Below, piece by piece: positions 49,100 through 63,305 of a stretch of 64,000 nt of DNA (within the stretch, counting starts at the first letter, position 1; each line of letters begins with the position of its first letter). A program made the position numbers and the translations under genes. The stretch is from Lama guanicoe. Taxonomy: Eukaryota. The notes beneath the pieces are model-generated. The model saw only the letters and a program-made list of their open reading frames with translations. It had not been told where the DNA came from and searched no databases. The stretch covers positions 8,094,358 to 8,158,357 of the forward strand of contig MU054187.1 of NCBI GenBank assembly GCA_013239625.1, written 5' to 3'.

Positions 49100-50104
49100 C
49101 TGTAGAGATGTTACAGTTTGCTGTTTCGTAAATTGACTCAATTTGAAAGCATTCTTTTGTTATTAAACACACGTGAAGAGGGGAACTTTCTCCAGGCAGA
49201 AGGCACTATCACTGAATGGACAAAAACTCAGAACAATCATCAGTAGTAAGAATCTGGACTCATAATCTTCCACCTGCTCAGGTTGGAAAATCTCAGAGTC
49301 GGATGTATTGTGGTGCAGCTTTTGGTTGCATCATCGATTTAGACATGTTGCCAAGTACATGCAAATATAAAATAAAATGAACTTGGCTATAAAAGATTTT
49401 GTACTTATTTATCTCCGTAGTGAATCACTGTACCCACATTCATAAAGTCCTTTTAAGGCTTGGAACTTTTTGTTCATAAATAGTACAGCTTCTAACTTCT
49501 GAATATTAAGTTTTATCCTAACAAAATCAGTGGTTGTCAATGAAGAGCTGACTTTCACTGATGTTTATATTTCTTTTAAATAATGGACACATATATATCC
49601 CCCCTTGATCCTTATAAACACTTGCAAGAGAGTCTAAGTGCTTTCTCCCTCACTTAAAAAGCAAAGAAATAGAGTCAGAGTTGCACAGCTTGCTCAAGTT
49701 TCCCTTCTAGTTCATGGAGGAGGTAAACTTACAGCCAACATACCTAGACTGCTAGAATTTCTGTTGTACCACAGTCCTTACCCCCTGCAACAGGCCAGCC
49801 CCAGAAAAGAGCACATCAGACTTCAGTATCCTCAGTTATCCATCCGCCAGCTTCTTCTGAAAACCTCTGAGCTGGCTACAAAATGAAGAAGCTGATGTTG
49901 CCCAGAGCCCTCTTCCCTTTTCTCCACAACCACTGCCTGCCTTTTGTAACTAAAATTTTTGGAAAAGAAGTTAAAACATACTACCTCCTTTCTCTGGTCT
50001 AGTCACTCCTCAGGATCCCTCAGTCTGCCATCAGATACACCCCTAGACTGGCACAGCCCTCCCCTCTCTGTGCCCCCCCCAACACTGTAAACATACACTG
50101 CCCT

Positions 50105-50248
50105 TGCACATTTATTCCCCCACCAGGCTGACTTCTTCAAGATAAAGGACCCCATCCTCTTAACTTCTGTGTTCACCACACTTCGAGTAATGCCTAGCAC
50201 ATCATGTGCTTCAAAAAAATACGTGTTGAAAGAAAAAATGAATAAAAG
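50105..50248 (+). mobile_element. LINE-2 3' end
   Basis: gtaatgcctagcacatcatgtgcttcaaaaaaatacgtgttgaaag...atgaataa. Confidence 0.75.
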
Positions 50249-50911
50249 AATTACAATGAGAGTTAAAAAGCATTGTTTTAAGAAAGGAACAGCCTTTGAT
50301 TGGAAAGATAACCTCAAACAGTGAGAGCTGAAGACATGGATAAGAAAGCAACAGCAAGGTCAGAGAACAGCCAAATTGTTTTGTACAAGATGAAGAAGAA
50401 TTTGCCTTTGGTAAGAGAGTTAAGAAAGAACAAACAGAGAAAAGGGGGGGATGAAGATGGTTAAAAGAATCACTGAACTGGACCAGTCAGAGACCCCTGG
50501 TGGTGGCGGGTGCCCTTTGAAGCAGTTCGTGCTGCTGGAATACAGAACCCTCCTTGCCTCCCTCCATACCCCACCGCCCTTTGTTTCAGTAAAATCTCCC
50601 ACACTCAGTTATCGTGTGCAAGGCTCTCTGAAAGTTGTGAAAGGATTTGAGCTTCATATATGGGCTGATTTGATGCGGGAAAGGAATAACAGTCATAAGA
50701 GCTAGGGGTCCAGGATTCACAAAAGCAAAAGCCTACCGGAAGTGGGACACAATTCTGAGGTAAGCTTTGAACTTCTAGAAAAAAAAAAACAGTAATGTGG
50801 GCTCAAGTAGATCTTAACATAGATCTCAAGGAGATAAGACACCCAAGATGACATGCAAATTTTATAATAAAGGAATGAATGAAATCAGGCAATATAAATG
50901 GAAAGAGAAAT

Positions 50912-52950
50912 TTAATTCATTTATTCATACAAACATTCATTCATTCATTCCATTAACCATCAGTAAGCTCCAGTAGATCTCAGCTGCTAGAAATATAGCT
51001 ACAAAACAGATGCGCTCACCCCTTATAAAGCTTACAGTGTGGGAGAAATACAATTGAGCTCTGATGGATGCTGTAATAGATGAAGGAGAGGATATTATGG
51101 AAGAATCTAGTAGTAATAACTAAACCGGACTCAAGTCATTAGGAAAGACTCTTAGTGAATAATGTCTAAGCTGAAAACGAGGAGCTTAACTTGAGAGACT
51201 GGTAAGAATATCCCAGAACATGTGAAGACCCAGATGTGAGCGAGAGAGACTGGCATATGGAGTATTTGGAATTAGTGCTGGGAGGCTGGAACCTAGAGAG
51301 AAAGCCCAGATTGGTGAGAGATGAGAAAAGGTGATAAGTAGGGGACAAATCATGAAGGACGTGTAAGCCATGGTAAGAGGCTTGTGCTCTATTCCGAAGG
51401 TAATGTGGAGTCGCTGAAGAGTTTTAAGTGCACGTGTAACACAGTGAGACCTTTGAGAGAGTTCGCTGGCTGTGGTGTAGGGATGGGATTAGAGCAAGGC
51501 AGCCTGAGGATGGAAAAAACAGTTGGATTAATTAGTGTTTCCAGGGAGAGAATGATGGTTGAAGGAGGGAAAGGATCACGTGTGTGGAGAGAATCTGAAA
51601 GACAGAGATATCCAAGATAATCTTCATAGCACTGGGTAACTCACTGAATACACACGTGGGAGTGGAGAGAGAGATCTAGGAAGACACACAGGGCTGGAAG
51701 ATTGGGAGCTGCCACTCACGGCTATAAAGCACAGGAAAAGAGGTACATTGGCAGGAAAAACAAATCGCTCTGGGGGAGACATGGAGTTTGATGTTTGTAT
51801 GAGAAACTCGAGTGGAGGTCTCCAGAAGATAGTCAGGCACCAAGGGAAGCTCAGAACAGAGAATGAGGAGCTAGACTTGAGAGCTGTAATTGAACAGGTT
51901 GACTCTTCAAGGCCAAAGAGAGAATGAGATCACCCAGCAGAGAACATGTGACAGTGGGCAGAAGGCAAGACCTTGAACTGAACTTTGAGGCAAACCCACT
52001 CTTGAGGGAAAGACAAAGAGGAGGCTGAACGCCTAACAGGCTCCGCAGAATCAGACCGAGAGAAGAACCCAGAGGGATCAGGGGAAAATCAGGGGACAGA
52101 ATTGTCTGAAGATCCCAGGAAACAGCTTTTTAAGAACAAAGAAGTGATCTACAACACCAAGTGTCCCCAGGAGATTAACAAGATGAATCCTGAAAGGTAT
52201 CCACAGCATTTTTCTATGAAGAAGGCATTTCTGACTTTTCTTAAGGAATTTCAGAGGCAGGGCTAGTTCAACTGGGAAATAATTCAGCATGTGAAGGACT
52301 GAAATGAAGATGAAGAGGTACAAGATTATAGGAGTACGTAAAACATAAAATAGGTTTAGCTATGGTAAGGAAGCATAAACTGGGGGAATATGAGGGTTTA
52401 TAACAGACGAGATTTGAGGCTGTTTGAATGCTGGCAGGAAGGAGCTAGCAGGGAATGAGGTTGGAAGAGAGAGAGATGGTCATTAATACAAAGATCATCC
52501 TATTTCGGCAGGAAAAGACACAAGAACTGGTAGAGGAGAAGAGGAAAGACTTCATAAAGCAACAGGAATAGGGAAGGAGAGAGATGAGGGGATCCTTTCC
52601 AAATGACTTCCAATCTTTCTGTGAATATTAACCAGGGATCCCCTGCTGATGTGAAGGATGGCAAAGAAGAGAGACAATGGAGTTTCATGGGGTCAAACTT
52701 TTAAAATAATGCTGAAGCTTGAAGGAACATTTGCAGACAATGAGAGTGAGAACCGACTGGAAGCCAGGAGCGCTAGGCAAGCAGTGTTGGCAGCACAGGG
52801 GCAGTGGGACCACCCGTGCGTGTCACTCCACCTAATTCATTTTCTCCAGTGGTGTTAAGCAGCTTAGGAGCAGGTATCAAAAAGGCAGCCCTAAACTAAT
52901 TCAAGGGTGTTATTTGCCAAGTGAATGCAATAGAAGAAAAACAGAACAAA
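50912..52950 (-). mobile_element. Long degenerate LINE-2
   Basis: Begins with a (ttca)n tail (cattcattcattcattc). The purine-rich L2 body includes gtaagccatggtaagagg and ggagtcgctgaagagttttaag. Confidence 0.8.
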
Positions 52951-53524
52951 CACGTTCAGGACTTTGGCAAGACTATAAGGTAATGAGATGTGATGTCTCA
53001 GCAGAACCAACATAAGATCTCCTGGCTGTCAGGAGGCTTCAAGGAGAGCAGGAGAGGCTGATGCCAAGATACCCCTGATGCCGCACACTCTGCTCGTTTG
53101 GAAACAACTTTAAAATTGCAAGGTCATTCATTTATTTTTGACCAAAAAAACCAAAAAATAACCAACAAAAAATGACAAACAATTACCTTCTGAGATACAT
53201 TACCTAAATAAATGGCTTCTCTATGACTGTGGAAAAATTTGGTTTTGTATGTTTAGAAAGTAGACAATAAAGACAATCTACTTATCGAGTTTCTCCTAGC
53301 CCACGGAACCAGTTAACCAAATGTACTTCCTTAGGCCTTTAAGAGTACCACCTGCTTAGGACTCCTCAAAGTGAAACAAACCGAAACTGGGCTCTGGCTC
53401 TGTTATACAAACAAAATCTCATTTTAAAAACGTTTATTAGATTTATCACTAATGATGCCAGTTAATACTGAAGACCTTGAGGATAATTACAATTGCTGGA
53501 TTACATAATTCCAATTTAATTTAC

Positions 53525-53732
53525 TCACTAATTGAACAAATGCATCATGCCTTGCTGTGGGGATGCGAAGATGAAACACACAGGTCCTGCCCTCAAAGAG
53601 CTCACGGAAGAGACAAAACCCGAAAACTCTAATAATTCTAATAAGTGCCATAATGCTATGAATGAGGTATGAAGAGGACAAAGGAACAGAGCCTGACTCC
53701 GCCTCATTGACAGAATCAAGGCAGGCTTTCAC
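53525..53732 (-). mobile_element. LINE-2 3' fragment
   Basis: aacacacaggtcctgccctcaaagagctcacgg...aatcaaggcaggctttc. Confidence 0.65.
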
Positions 53733-54811
53733 TGTGGTTCTAAACGCACTAAAACATAACTTATTTTAAGTCATGCACATAGATATGGACACATTACAAG
53801 GGTAAGTTGAAATCATATTCTGAGATTCTTAAAACAGACAATACTGACAGTTCTAGACCAATAGTTTCAATATCACAGTATTCTATGTTACATATGTCTA
53901 TGAAACCATAAATCAATCACCTGAGCTTAACTTGAAGTAGGTTTGTTAAAGTTTAACATCGTATTCAAAAAATCAGAATTAATCCTTCTCTGCTATATTG
54001 CTGTTTGATTACAGTCAGCCCTGTAGTATTTTTGAGTTATAGCCGACTGTAGCATCACTGGGAGCAACAGAACCCACCGCAAATCTACCCTTGCAAAACA
54101 CTGTATTCTCTAATTGCAAGGTGCTAAACACATGAACGATGCAAATGGCAGAACTAAGAACAATTAAATGAGTTTTTTCCTTGCAATCTTTATTTGAAAG
54201 CTTATGTTCTAATGCTGTAGGTCAAGGAAGGTACTAAATATAAAATTCTCTGTCCATTGTTATTCAGTGCTTTTAAGCTCATCTATAACCAGTTTATTAA
54301 AAAGTACAAGGGAGATATGAAATGAGCTGGTAGAGCAAATGTTATATTGGAAAGCATTTATTGAATACAGCATGTTATCAAGATAGTTGAAAATACATTA
54401 AGTCAGATTCTCTTGAGTGCCTAAGCACTAGTAGAAAATTTGACACTTGATGTAGTACGTTAACTCTTTCATGGTAACATTTAGTGAGTTATTTCTTCAG
54501 TCCTTGTGCATTAGTGAATACCCCTCCTAAAACAGGCTTCATTCTGAGAGACTTAAATCCTCTCACCCATTAGTAGATGCTACCATTTTGACAGTGAGCT
54601 GTGATTCCTGGAAAATAACTAACCTGTTCCCTTGAAGATTTCACATTCTCTATTCTTATAACTCCAACTCTTAACATTGATGAAAAAAGCATGCAGTGGT
54701 GTAAGTCTGTATCCAAATACAGTCACAGTCTTCAACCTCAGTTGGGTTCTCAACCCTTAACTGGTAATAGTTCCATCTGTACGATCAACTTTCTTGACCA
54801 TTTGTCTCAAT

Positions 54812-57800
54812 AGCTATTTTTATTTGATATAATTGACATACAATAAATTATACACATTTAACATGTACAATTTCAAAACTTGACAGATATAAACACATGT
54901 GAAGCCATCAACACAAGCAAGATAATGGACATATTCGGTACCTGCAAAGGTTTCCTTATGACTCTAGGCAGTCCTTCTCTCCCACCCACTTCATCCCCAG
55001 GCAACCACTGACCTGCTTTACTTCATTATAGATTACTTTACATTTTCAGATTTTATATAAAGAGACTCATACAGTATGTATACTTTTATGTCTGGCTTCT
55101 TTCACTCAACATAACTATTATGAAACTCAGTTTTGCTATTCTGTGGATCAATGGCTTATTCCTTTCTATTACTGAGGAGTATTTCATTTGTGAATAAGCC
55201 ACGATTTATTTATCTCGTAACCTATTGATGGACACCCAAATTTTTTTTCAAGTTTTCAGCTACTGCAAATATAGCTGCTATGAATATTCATGCACAAGTC
55301 TTTGTATAGACATATGCTTTCATCCTCTTGCATAAATACCTAGGAGTGGAATGTCTGGATCATATGGTAAGTGTATATTTAGCTTTTTAAGAAACTGTCA
55401 AACTGTTTTCCAAAGTAGTTGTATCATTTTAAATTCCCACCAGCTTTCTTTTGATTAGTGTTAGCATAGTGTATCATTTTCCATCTTTTAATTTTTAACC
55501 TATTTTTGTCCATATATTTAAAGTGGGTTTCTTTAATAATAATAAATACCTCCAATTGGGTATTTATTATCCATTCTGAGAATCTCTGCCTTTTAGTTGA
55601 GGGTGCTTAAACAATTTACATCTAATGTGATTACTCATACAGTTCTATTAAAATCTACCATCTTGCTATAGGATTTATATCTGTCTCAATGGTTCTTGCT
55701 CATTTTTTCCTCTTTTTCTTCATTATTTTGGATTAATGCAGTAATTTTTCTGATTACACTGTTCCCTTTGTTGGCTTATTAGCCATAACTCATTGTGTGT
55801 GTGTGTAGCAATTGCTTTGATTTATAATATACATACTTGATTAATCACAGTCTACCTTCAATTAATATGAAACTTCATGTATGGTGTGAGAACCTTACAG
55901 CAAAATAGTACTTGCATTTCTGCCCTCACAACCTTTGTGCTATTATTTCAAACATCATATTCCTAAATGTGGTATAAACCTAGTACTACTTTTTTGTTAC
56001 TTTTTCTTTCAATAGTCAATTCTCTTTTAAAGAGATTTTTAAAATAAGATTTACATTAACTCACATATTTCCCATTTTTGGCACTCTTCATTCCTCTGTG
56101 TAAATCCAGATTTCCATCTGGTAAGATCTGCCTTCACACTGAAGGACTTTTAACATTCCTTGTCATGCAGGTCTGCTGGTTACTAATTCCTTCAGCTTTG
56201 GTTTGTCTGAAAAAGATTTTATTTCACCTTAATTCTGAAAGATATTTTAAGTGACAGGTTTTTTTTCTTTCTTTAAATACTTCAAATATTCTGCTCTACT
56301 GACGTGCAGTGGAAGGCTACCCTAGATTGTTTCCCACGAGACGTCTGTTGCCACTCTTACCTTTGTTCTTCTGTGCCTAATATGTCCTTTTCCTTAAAGG
56401 TTTTTCTTTAAAACGCTGGTTTTAAGAAATTTTATCATCATGTGCTTTGATGGAGTTTTCTCCAAGTGTCTTGTGCTGAGGTTTATATTTTTCCTCAAAT
56501 TTTGAAAAATTTCAGCCATTATTTCTTCAAATGTTTTTCTGATCTTCCCTTCAGGAGTTCCACCATCACACATGTTAGGCATCTTTACATTGTTCTAGTC
56601 CTCATTCATGACTTATTTTTTCAGTCATTTTTCTTTCTCTGTATCACCTTGAATAGGTTTTATTTCTTTTATTGGATAGTTTCTTTTGCTTTGCCTTCAA
56701 GTTCATTACTTCATTTCTCCTGAAGTTTCTAACCAACTATTGATATTATCCAGTATGTTTTTCATTTAAAATAGTATTTTTTTAATCTCTAGAAGTCTGA
56801 TTTTAGTCTTTTTTGATATCTTTTGTGTCTCCACTTACCATATTCAATCCTTCCCTTCTCTGCTTGAACATATATACAGAATACAGTTGTAATGACTGTT
56901 TTAATGTCTTTGTCTAGTGAATCTATCATTGTGTTGTTTCTAGATCTGTTTCTGATCATTGACTTTTCCCTCCATTATAAGTCATATTTTCCTGCCTCTT
57001 TGCATTCCTGGCAACTTTTACTGGATGCTAGACATTGTAAATTTTACCTTGCTGAGAACAAGATACTTTGTATTCCTATAAATATTCCTGGGTGCTGAAT
57101 ATTTTTATATCCCTATACATAGATTTGGACTTTGTTTTTTTTCTGAGCCATAGTCAAGTTAGTTGGCAATAATCTGACCCTTCTGAAACTTGATTTTGTA
57201 GCCTAGACCAGAGCAGTCTTATTCTATGGCACATTTTTCCTTGCTATGATAGCAGTACCTCACCTGATGCTTTATTGACGACAGGTTTGTCTGCTAAGGC
57301 TAGTGGGAAGAGATACTTCTCCTGATTCTAACTGAATTCCAGTTACTGTTTTCCCCATTACTTTTGAGTGGTTCTTTCCTCAGCCTTGGGTTTTTCTCTC
57401 ACATGCATGTGATGATCAGTCCTCAGCTGACAAATTAAAAGGGACTCTGAAGATCCCCAGAGTCACAGCTTCCCTTCCCCACCCCCCCCAATCTGCTGCG
57501 TGTGTGTCTCTCTCTCTGTCTGTCTCTCTCTCTCCCTCTCTCCCCTCCAGTGCTCTACTCTGCAAACTCTATACTTACTTTGGCCTTGCTGAAGTCCCCG
57601 TTCTGTTTCCTCAGTTCAAAGACTCTGTTATGTTCCACATGGGTTCCCCTCTCCTGTCTATACCTGGAAAGCCAGCTGGAGCAACCGCAGGGATCACCTC
57701 ATTTTCCCCCTCTCTCAGGGAAGGAATTACTGTCCTTCCTTGCTTCGTGTCCCCACTGTCTGGAAAACTACAAGCTTTATATTTTGTCCAAATGTTCTCA

Positions 57801-57860
57801 TTGTTAAAGCAGGAGGTTAAATCCAGCCTTTATGACCTCATCTTAACCAGAATCAGAAGT
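54812..57860 (-). mobile_element. Old L1 (L1MC/L1MD-like): 5' region and ORF1 joined to the 3' end, most of ORF2 missing
   Basis: 54812-55444 is an L1 3' end. The ORF1p remnant KTFEEIMAEIFQNL...PSKHMMIKFLK lies at 56394-56582, and 5'-UTR-like sequence continues to ~57860. Confidence 0.85.
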
Positions 57861-58149
57861 CTACAAGAAACATATGAGATCATTCGCATTTTTTTCAAGT
57901 TTCCTACCCTACTTTCTTCTTCCCAAAGCCTCATTCAGTAAACGACGTTACTTAAAGTCTTGTGTATGAGTTGTGAAATTCCCGTCTCTATGTTCTACTA
58001 TTTGCGTTAAGTCCATAACCACTTCTTAGTCCCTTCCTTCCCTTCCCCGAAACCAATCTTCTCAGCTCCATCAGGGTCCTCAATTTCCAGTTATCATCTC
58101 TTCCCCTTGTATCTTCAGTATCTCCATCATCTCTCTTTCCGCTTGGCTA

Positions 58150-59680
58150 CTCTTCCTCTAATCTAGCTCCTCTTCTTTAAGTGATGTGAATTCTCCAGAG
58201 TTCTATCTTTAGTCATCTTTTCCTCTAACCCTACAGAATCTTCTTGAATGTACCAGCCTCCTCAGGCTGCTGTAACAGTGTATCACAGACAGCATGGCTT
58301 GATTAGTAAGAATTTATCTTCTCTCAGTTCTAGAGGCAGAAAGTTCAAGATCGAAGTGCTGGCAGGACTGCTTGCTGGTGAGGTGTTTCCTCCTGGCTCG
58401 TAGCCAGCTGCCTTCTCACTGTGTCCTCACGTGGCCTCTCCTCGGTCTATGTACTCGCAGTATCTCTCCTTCTCATAAGGACACAAGTCTTGTGGAATTA
58501 GGGCTCCAGCTTGGTAACATCATTTAACCTAAGTACCCCCTTTAAGCCTAATCTCTGAAAATAGTCACATTGGAGATTAAGGCTTCAATGTATGATTTTT
58601 GCAGGGACACATTTCATTCCATGACACTGACTTACTTCATCCTTTCCTATTCAACTGCTGACTGCTACCAAACTCAAATCTCTATCCCAAGCTCTTTTCT
58701 GCGCATCAACCCACCTGCCTAAATCCCTGTTGAACATCCCTATTCAGGTATTGTATCTACACTCTATGCAGTTGGTTCAAAATTAAACCTCATTATCTCT
58801 TTCATCTATATCAGGTTTCCTGAGTTCACTTTCTCAGTAAATAACACCACCTTTCATCCAGTCTATCTACTAGAAAATGTGGGTGTCATTCTTTACCTTC
58901 CTGCCTCTCATTTACTCACTTCATCCAATTGTCTGCCACATTTTGTTAAGTCTGTCTCCTTAATATTCTTGAAATATGCTTCTTTCACCTTATTTCCATT
59001 GCCATTAGTTCAAAAGCTTATCCATTCTGGTTAGTTTGCAATAGATCTTGCCCCAGGTGCATCTCTTTCTAAACATGTTCCACTCTACTGTCAAGATAAA
59101 ATCTTCAGTAGACAAACCTGAAGCTATTATCTTCGTGCTAACACTCTGCAAAGATCTCAGACTATCATTGATGTCAGGATAAACACAAAGCCCCCTCGTA
59201 TGACCTGTCAGGCTCTTCCATAACCTGGTCACCAGATGCCGATTGGCTTTTCTCTGGACCTCCTCTCTTTCCCAACTCTCTAATACCTCTATCCTGTCCC
59301 CTGAAGCAAACTATTTGTAATTATTCATGCTCAGCCTGTGACAGTAAGTCTTTACCATGTTGTCTATGTTACTCTCTCTGGAGTGTTCTTCTCTTAGCTA
59401 ATTGTCTTGTCCCTCAACCCTCAACAGAGACGTTATTACTGACTCCCAGTAAATAGTTACTGAGCTGGACTTCTTCATTCTTCCTAGTCTGGGTTATGCA
59501 TCCCCTTACAAGCTCCCTTGACGTTCCTCTATCATACAGCTAATGATATTTAGTACTTACTTGCCTGGTCCCCAATTAGACATAGTCTTCTGGAGAGCAT
59601 ATATTCTATCCTTGATTTCCACAACCAGCACCTAGTACAGTAGCAGTTACAAAAAAATGTTTGATGAAGGAATGCCTTAA
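58150..59680 (+). mobile_element. LINE-2 interrupted by an MLT1 LTR
   Basis: aacaccacctttcatccagtc...tagaaaatgtgggtgtcattct. The 3' end reads cagcacctagtacagtagc...aatgtttgatgaaggaat. Confidence 0.75.
58249..58626 (-). mobile_element. MLT1A/B-type ERVL-MaLR solo LTR
   Basis: ggctgctgtaaca...ctcagttctagaggcagaaagttcaagatc...ttctcataaggacac...gggacacatttcattccatgaca. Confidence 0.9.
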
Positions 59681-60764
59681 TAAATAGAGGGGTGTGACTG
59701 ATTCCATTGACCCTCAGACTCATTCCATACAACTACAAGAGGCTGAGAACACACTGTTACATATTGTAAGCAAATATGAATCTTACTTTTCTAAATCAGA
59801 AAAATAGCTACATTGGAAGATGTATTCCTAAAACAGTATCACTCATGTTTTAGTCAGCTAGAGACCACACACAGCAACTTTACTCTCATGCAGAGGATGC
59901 ATTTATTTTTTTCTTCTTAAACTTTAGGTTAGAGAGGATAGATAGACAAAGGCATTCATATTGACTCTATGCTGTTTGACATAATAGTCAAGCATTTAAA
60001 AGATTTAAAAGATTCCACTGCCACTCAATCCCAATTCAGTGATACTTTTTCCACCACTTTTTCTTTAATCAAGTAACTTTTCTTTCCAAACTGCTGCCCA
60101 GATCCCTTCCAGACTCGACAGCTTCTCCTCTCCTCTTCCACTGCTTTCCAGATATTCACAGCCAATGTGGGCACTTCTTTACCCATCTGTGCTGGCCTTG
60201 TCTTCAGGCTCTTCACTCATTTTGAACTCCTGCCTTAGGCTTCTCCAGTCCTGCACATTACCTGCCAGCTCCAGGTGTAAAGTTGCTCCACTCCAGGTAA
60301 CGGCCGCACCATCACGCAGGCCGCCTGGTCCCGGGGCCCCAGTGGAACACAGCCCTGACATTCTGATGCTGAAAAAAATCCTACAAATACTCCTGCCCAG
60401 GGACACTCTCAGTCTCTGTTCAGCTTTTTCAGAGGAACATCTTCTAGCCACATTTCGATTTGAATGTGTGAGTCATAGTGAAAGTCAGTGCTGACATCAG
60501 CTGTGCACAAGTCTTCCCCAGTCACCCTGCTAAGTCGGAATCACCTAGAAACTTACGTTACCTGTGGTGCACCCAGCCCTGCAGCCTCTCCCCTACGCCA
60601 GCAGCCAAGTTCCATTTCTCAGTCTGCCTCTGGTCTCTGAGACCAAACCAAACTTCAGCTTCAAAAGGAAGCTAGCTTTGTGTCTTCTCTGACCTGGACC
60701 CTGGGCCCCGATTCTGATGCTAGAGTTTGTGATCTGATACTAGAACGCTGACTTACACCTTGCT

Positions 60765-60846
60765 GTGAGAGTTGATTTTACGAGTCAACTAGACTAGGCC
60801 ACGAGGCACCCAGATATCTGGTTAAACATTATTTCCAGGTGTGTCT
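60765..60846 (+). mobile_element. MLT2-type ERVL LTR 5' fragment
   Basis: tgtgagagttgattttacgagtcaactagactaggccac...cccagatatctggttaaacattatttc. Confidence 0.75.
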
Positions 60847-61924
60847 TTCTAGATAGTGTTTCTCTCTATCAGAATGGATAATACCTTCTGAGGCCTGCAA
60901 TTCTGCCAAGAGAGGAGGAGCCTGAGCACTTGGACAAATGCAGGTTGGTTGACACGGCAGACGTGAGGGCTCAAAACCAGGGGGGAGAAGGACGCCCACT
61001 TTGTTGGTTTGGGTGACTGGGCAGATTACTGTGCCATCTTTTTGGACATAAAAATTGTGTCACTCCTCCACTGAAAACACATCAATGACTTGTGCTGCTA
61101 TTAGGATAAAGCCTGAATTCCTGAGCACGACCTATACAACCTCTGCCAGCATCCCCAGAGTCCTCCTCCTCGGTGCTTCTGTCCTCACAGCACACCCTCT
61201 TCTGCCCAGCCCAGGCTCTCACACCTACAAATCCTTCTCCTGGAACAGTCTCTTCCTACCCCTTCACACCCACCACATCAGCGTAAATGTTACTTACTCA
61301 GGAAGGCTTTCTCTGGCCTCCAGTTCAGGGTATGTTACCACAGTACCTCTTTTCATGATATCGTCGCTATCAAAAGAGTATATCTGTTTTGGTCACTCTT
61401 TATCCATAGTGCTTAACCCAATGCCAGTTATTTATAAAGACCCCATAAATACACGGAGTGGCGGACTCTGAAAAGGATACAAAAAGAGTTTCATGGTAGG
61501 AAGAGAGTTTGCAGGTAATCTGGTATAAGATATCTGTGGAACTTCCACGTGGAATGTTCATAAAGCAATTTTTCTTTTCAGAGTTTTTGTTCTAGCATTC
61601 AGGTGGGAGTTCTGATCAGAACACAAATCTAGGAGTAATTAGTAAATAGAGAGCATTAAAGCTATGGGAACTGATTAAGTAAACAGAGAAATAAACAGGA
61701 GGGAGGAACACATCATTACTGGGTACAAGGCATTAAAAAGCAGATAGAGAAATGAGACCTATTAAGAGCAGCCAGAGAGGTGGAAAGAAAAAAAAAACAG
61801 CATCAGATAGTCAAGGAAAGAAAATTGTCTAATGAGAAAAATACAGTCATGTTAAAATACCTTTTTTTAAATTTGAATTCTTCAAGTAATAACGTCTGAA
61901 TATATAGTGTTGGATTTTTCAATT

Positions 61925-62012
61925 ATTTTTTCTTTATTTTTTCCAGCTTTATTGAGCTATAATTGTCATATAACATTGTATAAGTTGAAATGTCCAATGC
62001 AATAATTTGACA
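61925..62012 (-). mobile_element. Short L1 (L1MA9-like) 3' end
   Basis: ttttccagctttattgagctataattgtcatataacattgtataagtt. Confidence 0.75.
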
Positions 62013-63273
62013 TTACAGTGATGGATTTTGCAATCCTAAGGGTCGCTGATCACCTACAAGTGAGACACTTTCTTTCACGGAGCCAGAGGGGGAAGCCCGG
62101 ACTGCATTAACTGACATGTTCAATCATGTAACTGTTCGCAACGAAAATCAACTACGTACCACAGCCTGTGCTGGTTGGTGGAGACACAACAATGAACGAA
62201 GTAAGAAAGTTCCTGTCTTCGTGGAGTTTACTGCATGAAGACCAGGGTGTAAGTTTAGCTTTGTTCACAAGTGATTTCATTCTTATTTTCTTACACACAG
62301 AAGCTTCAGAACTTCGTGTTACCTGCCTGGCCCCTGTGGGCAGTGACTCCAGAAAATAGTGTAAAAAGCATTACAACTGGTTATAATAGAATATGTGCTC
62401 CAACAGAACATACAAAAACTACTCCATGAAGTCAAGGGAGGCCTCCCCAAAAAGGCAGTGAGGCAGGACAGTCAGAGACGACAGCGCGAAGACAAAGGAA
62501 ATGTCTGCCAGTATTAAATGGTAAAGTTCTCAAAACTGGGTGGATTTTAGCAGAAGTACGCACAAGTGAAAACAGCAAAAAAGGGAAAAATGAGTGAATA
62601 TTAACACCTACTTCCATTTCCGTGGTTTGGGGATAAAAGAAGTTTCCACTTAGTGTTAGAGCAACATTTGACAGTAAAGCTTAGTATGTATTTGTGCATA
62701 AACAGAGACTGCTTCTCCCCCTAACCAACCCCATCTCGCTTCTGATTCCTAAGGGAGGATTGGTCTGGGCTGGTTGAGAACTGAGTGGGCTTTTGCGAGG
62801 CCGGCTCTTGGAACCAAGGGCATGGGTGCCCCATGGAAGGAACCACAGAGCTGAGTGGACCACCCATGGCCCTGCCTATTCTAAACAGGTACCGAACATA
62901 CATAAACCAACCATGTTTCCTCACCAGTGCCCTCAAATTTCTGCCACCTGTACTCCCGGAGACACTCTGGTCCACAAATGGTACCTTCCTGAGATTTCTT
63001 CCCCAAATCCAACACTTGGCAATATATCGCAATTTCGTACTTGGTCTTTATGAAGTAAAGACTTCCGTCTGCCTCTCTTTTTGCTTTACCTCCACGTACT
63101 TTATTGATTATTTGAAATAACAAAAATTTTCTCTTGAGGTGGTAAACCAGAATATTTATTTAGGGAATCCCATCTGGTGCCAAGTTTCTTGCCAATAGAA
63201 AGGTGACAAACATAGTTATTCATGAGTTTGAATTCAGTATCTTACTTATGTTATTTTTAGTAGCCATTAAACA

Positions 63274-63276
<3 letters not shown>

Positions 63277-63305
<29 letters not shown>
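63277..63305. repeat. (TA)n microsatellite
   Basis: Direct reading. Confidence 0.9.

Noticed and set aside
54010..54051. Hairpin tacagtcggc...gctgactgta (minus strand) as a pre-miRNA
   Set aside because: Only about 10 bp of stem, too short, and it matches no miRNA I recognise.
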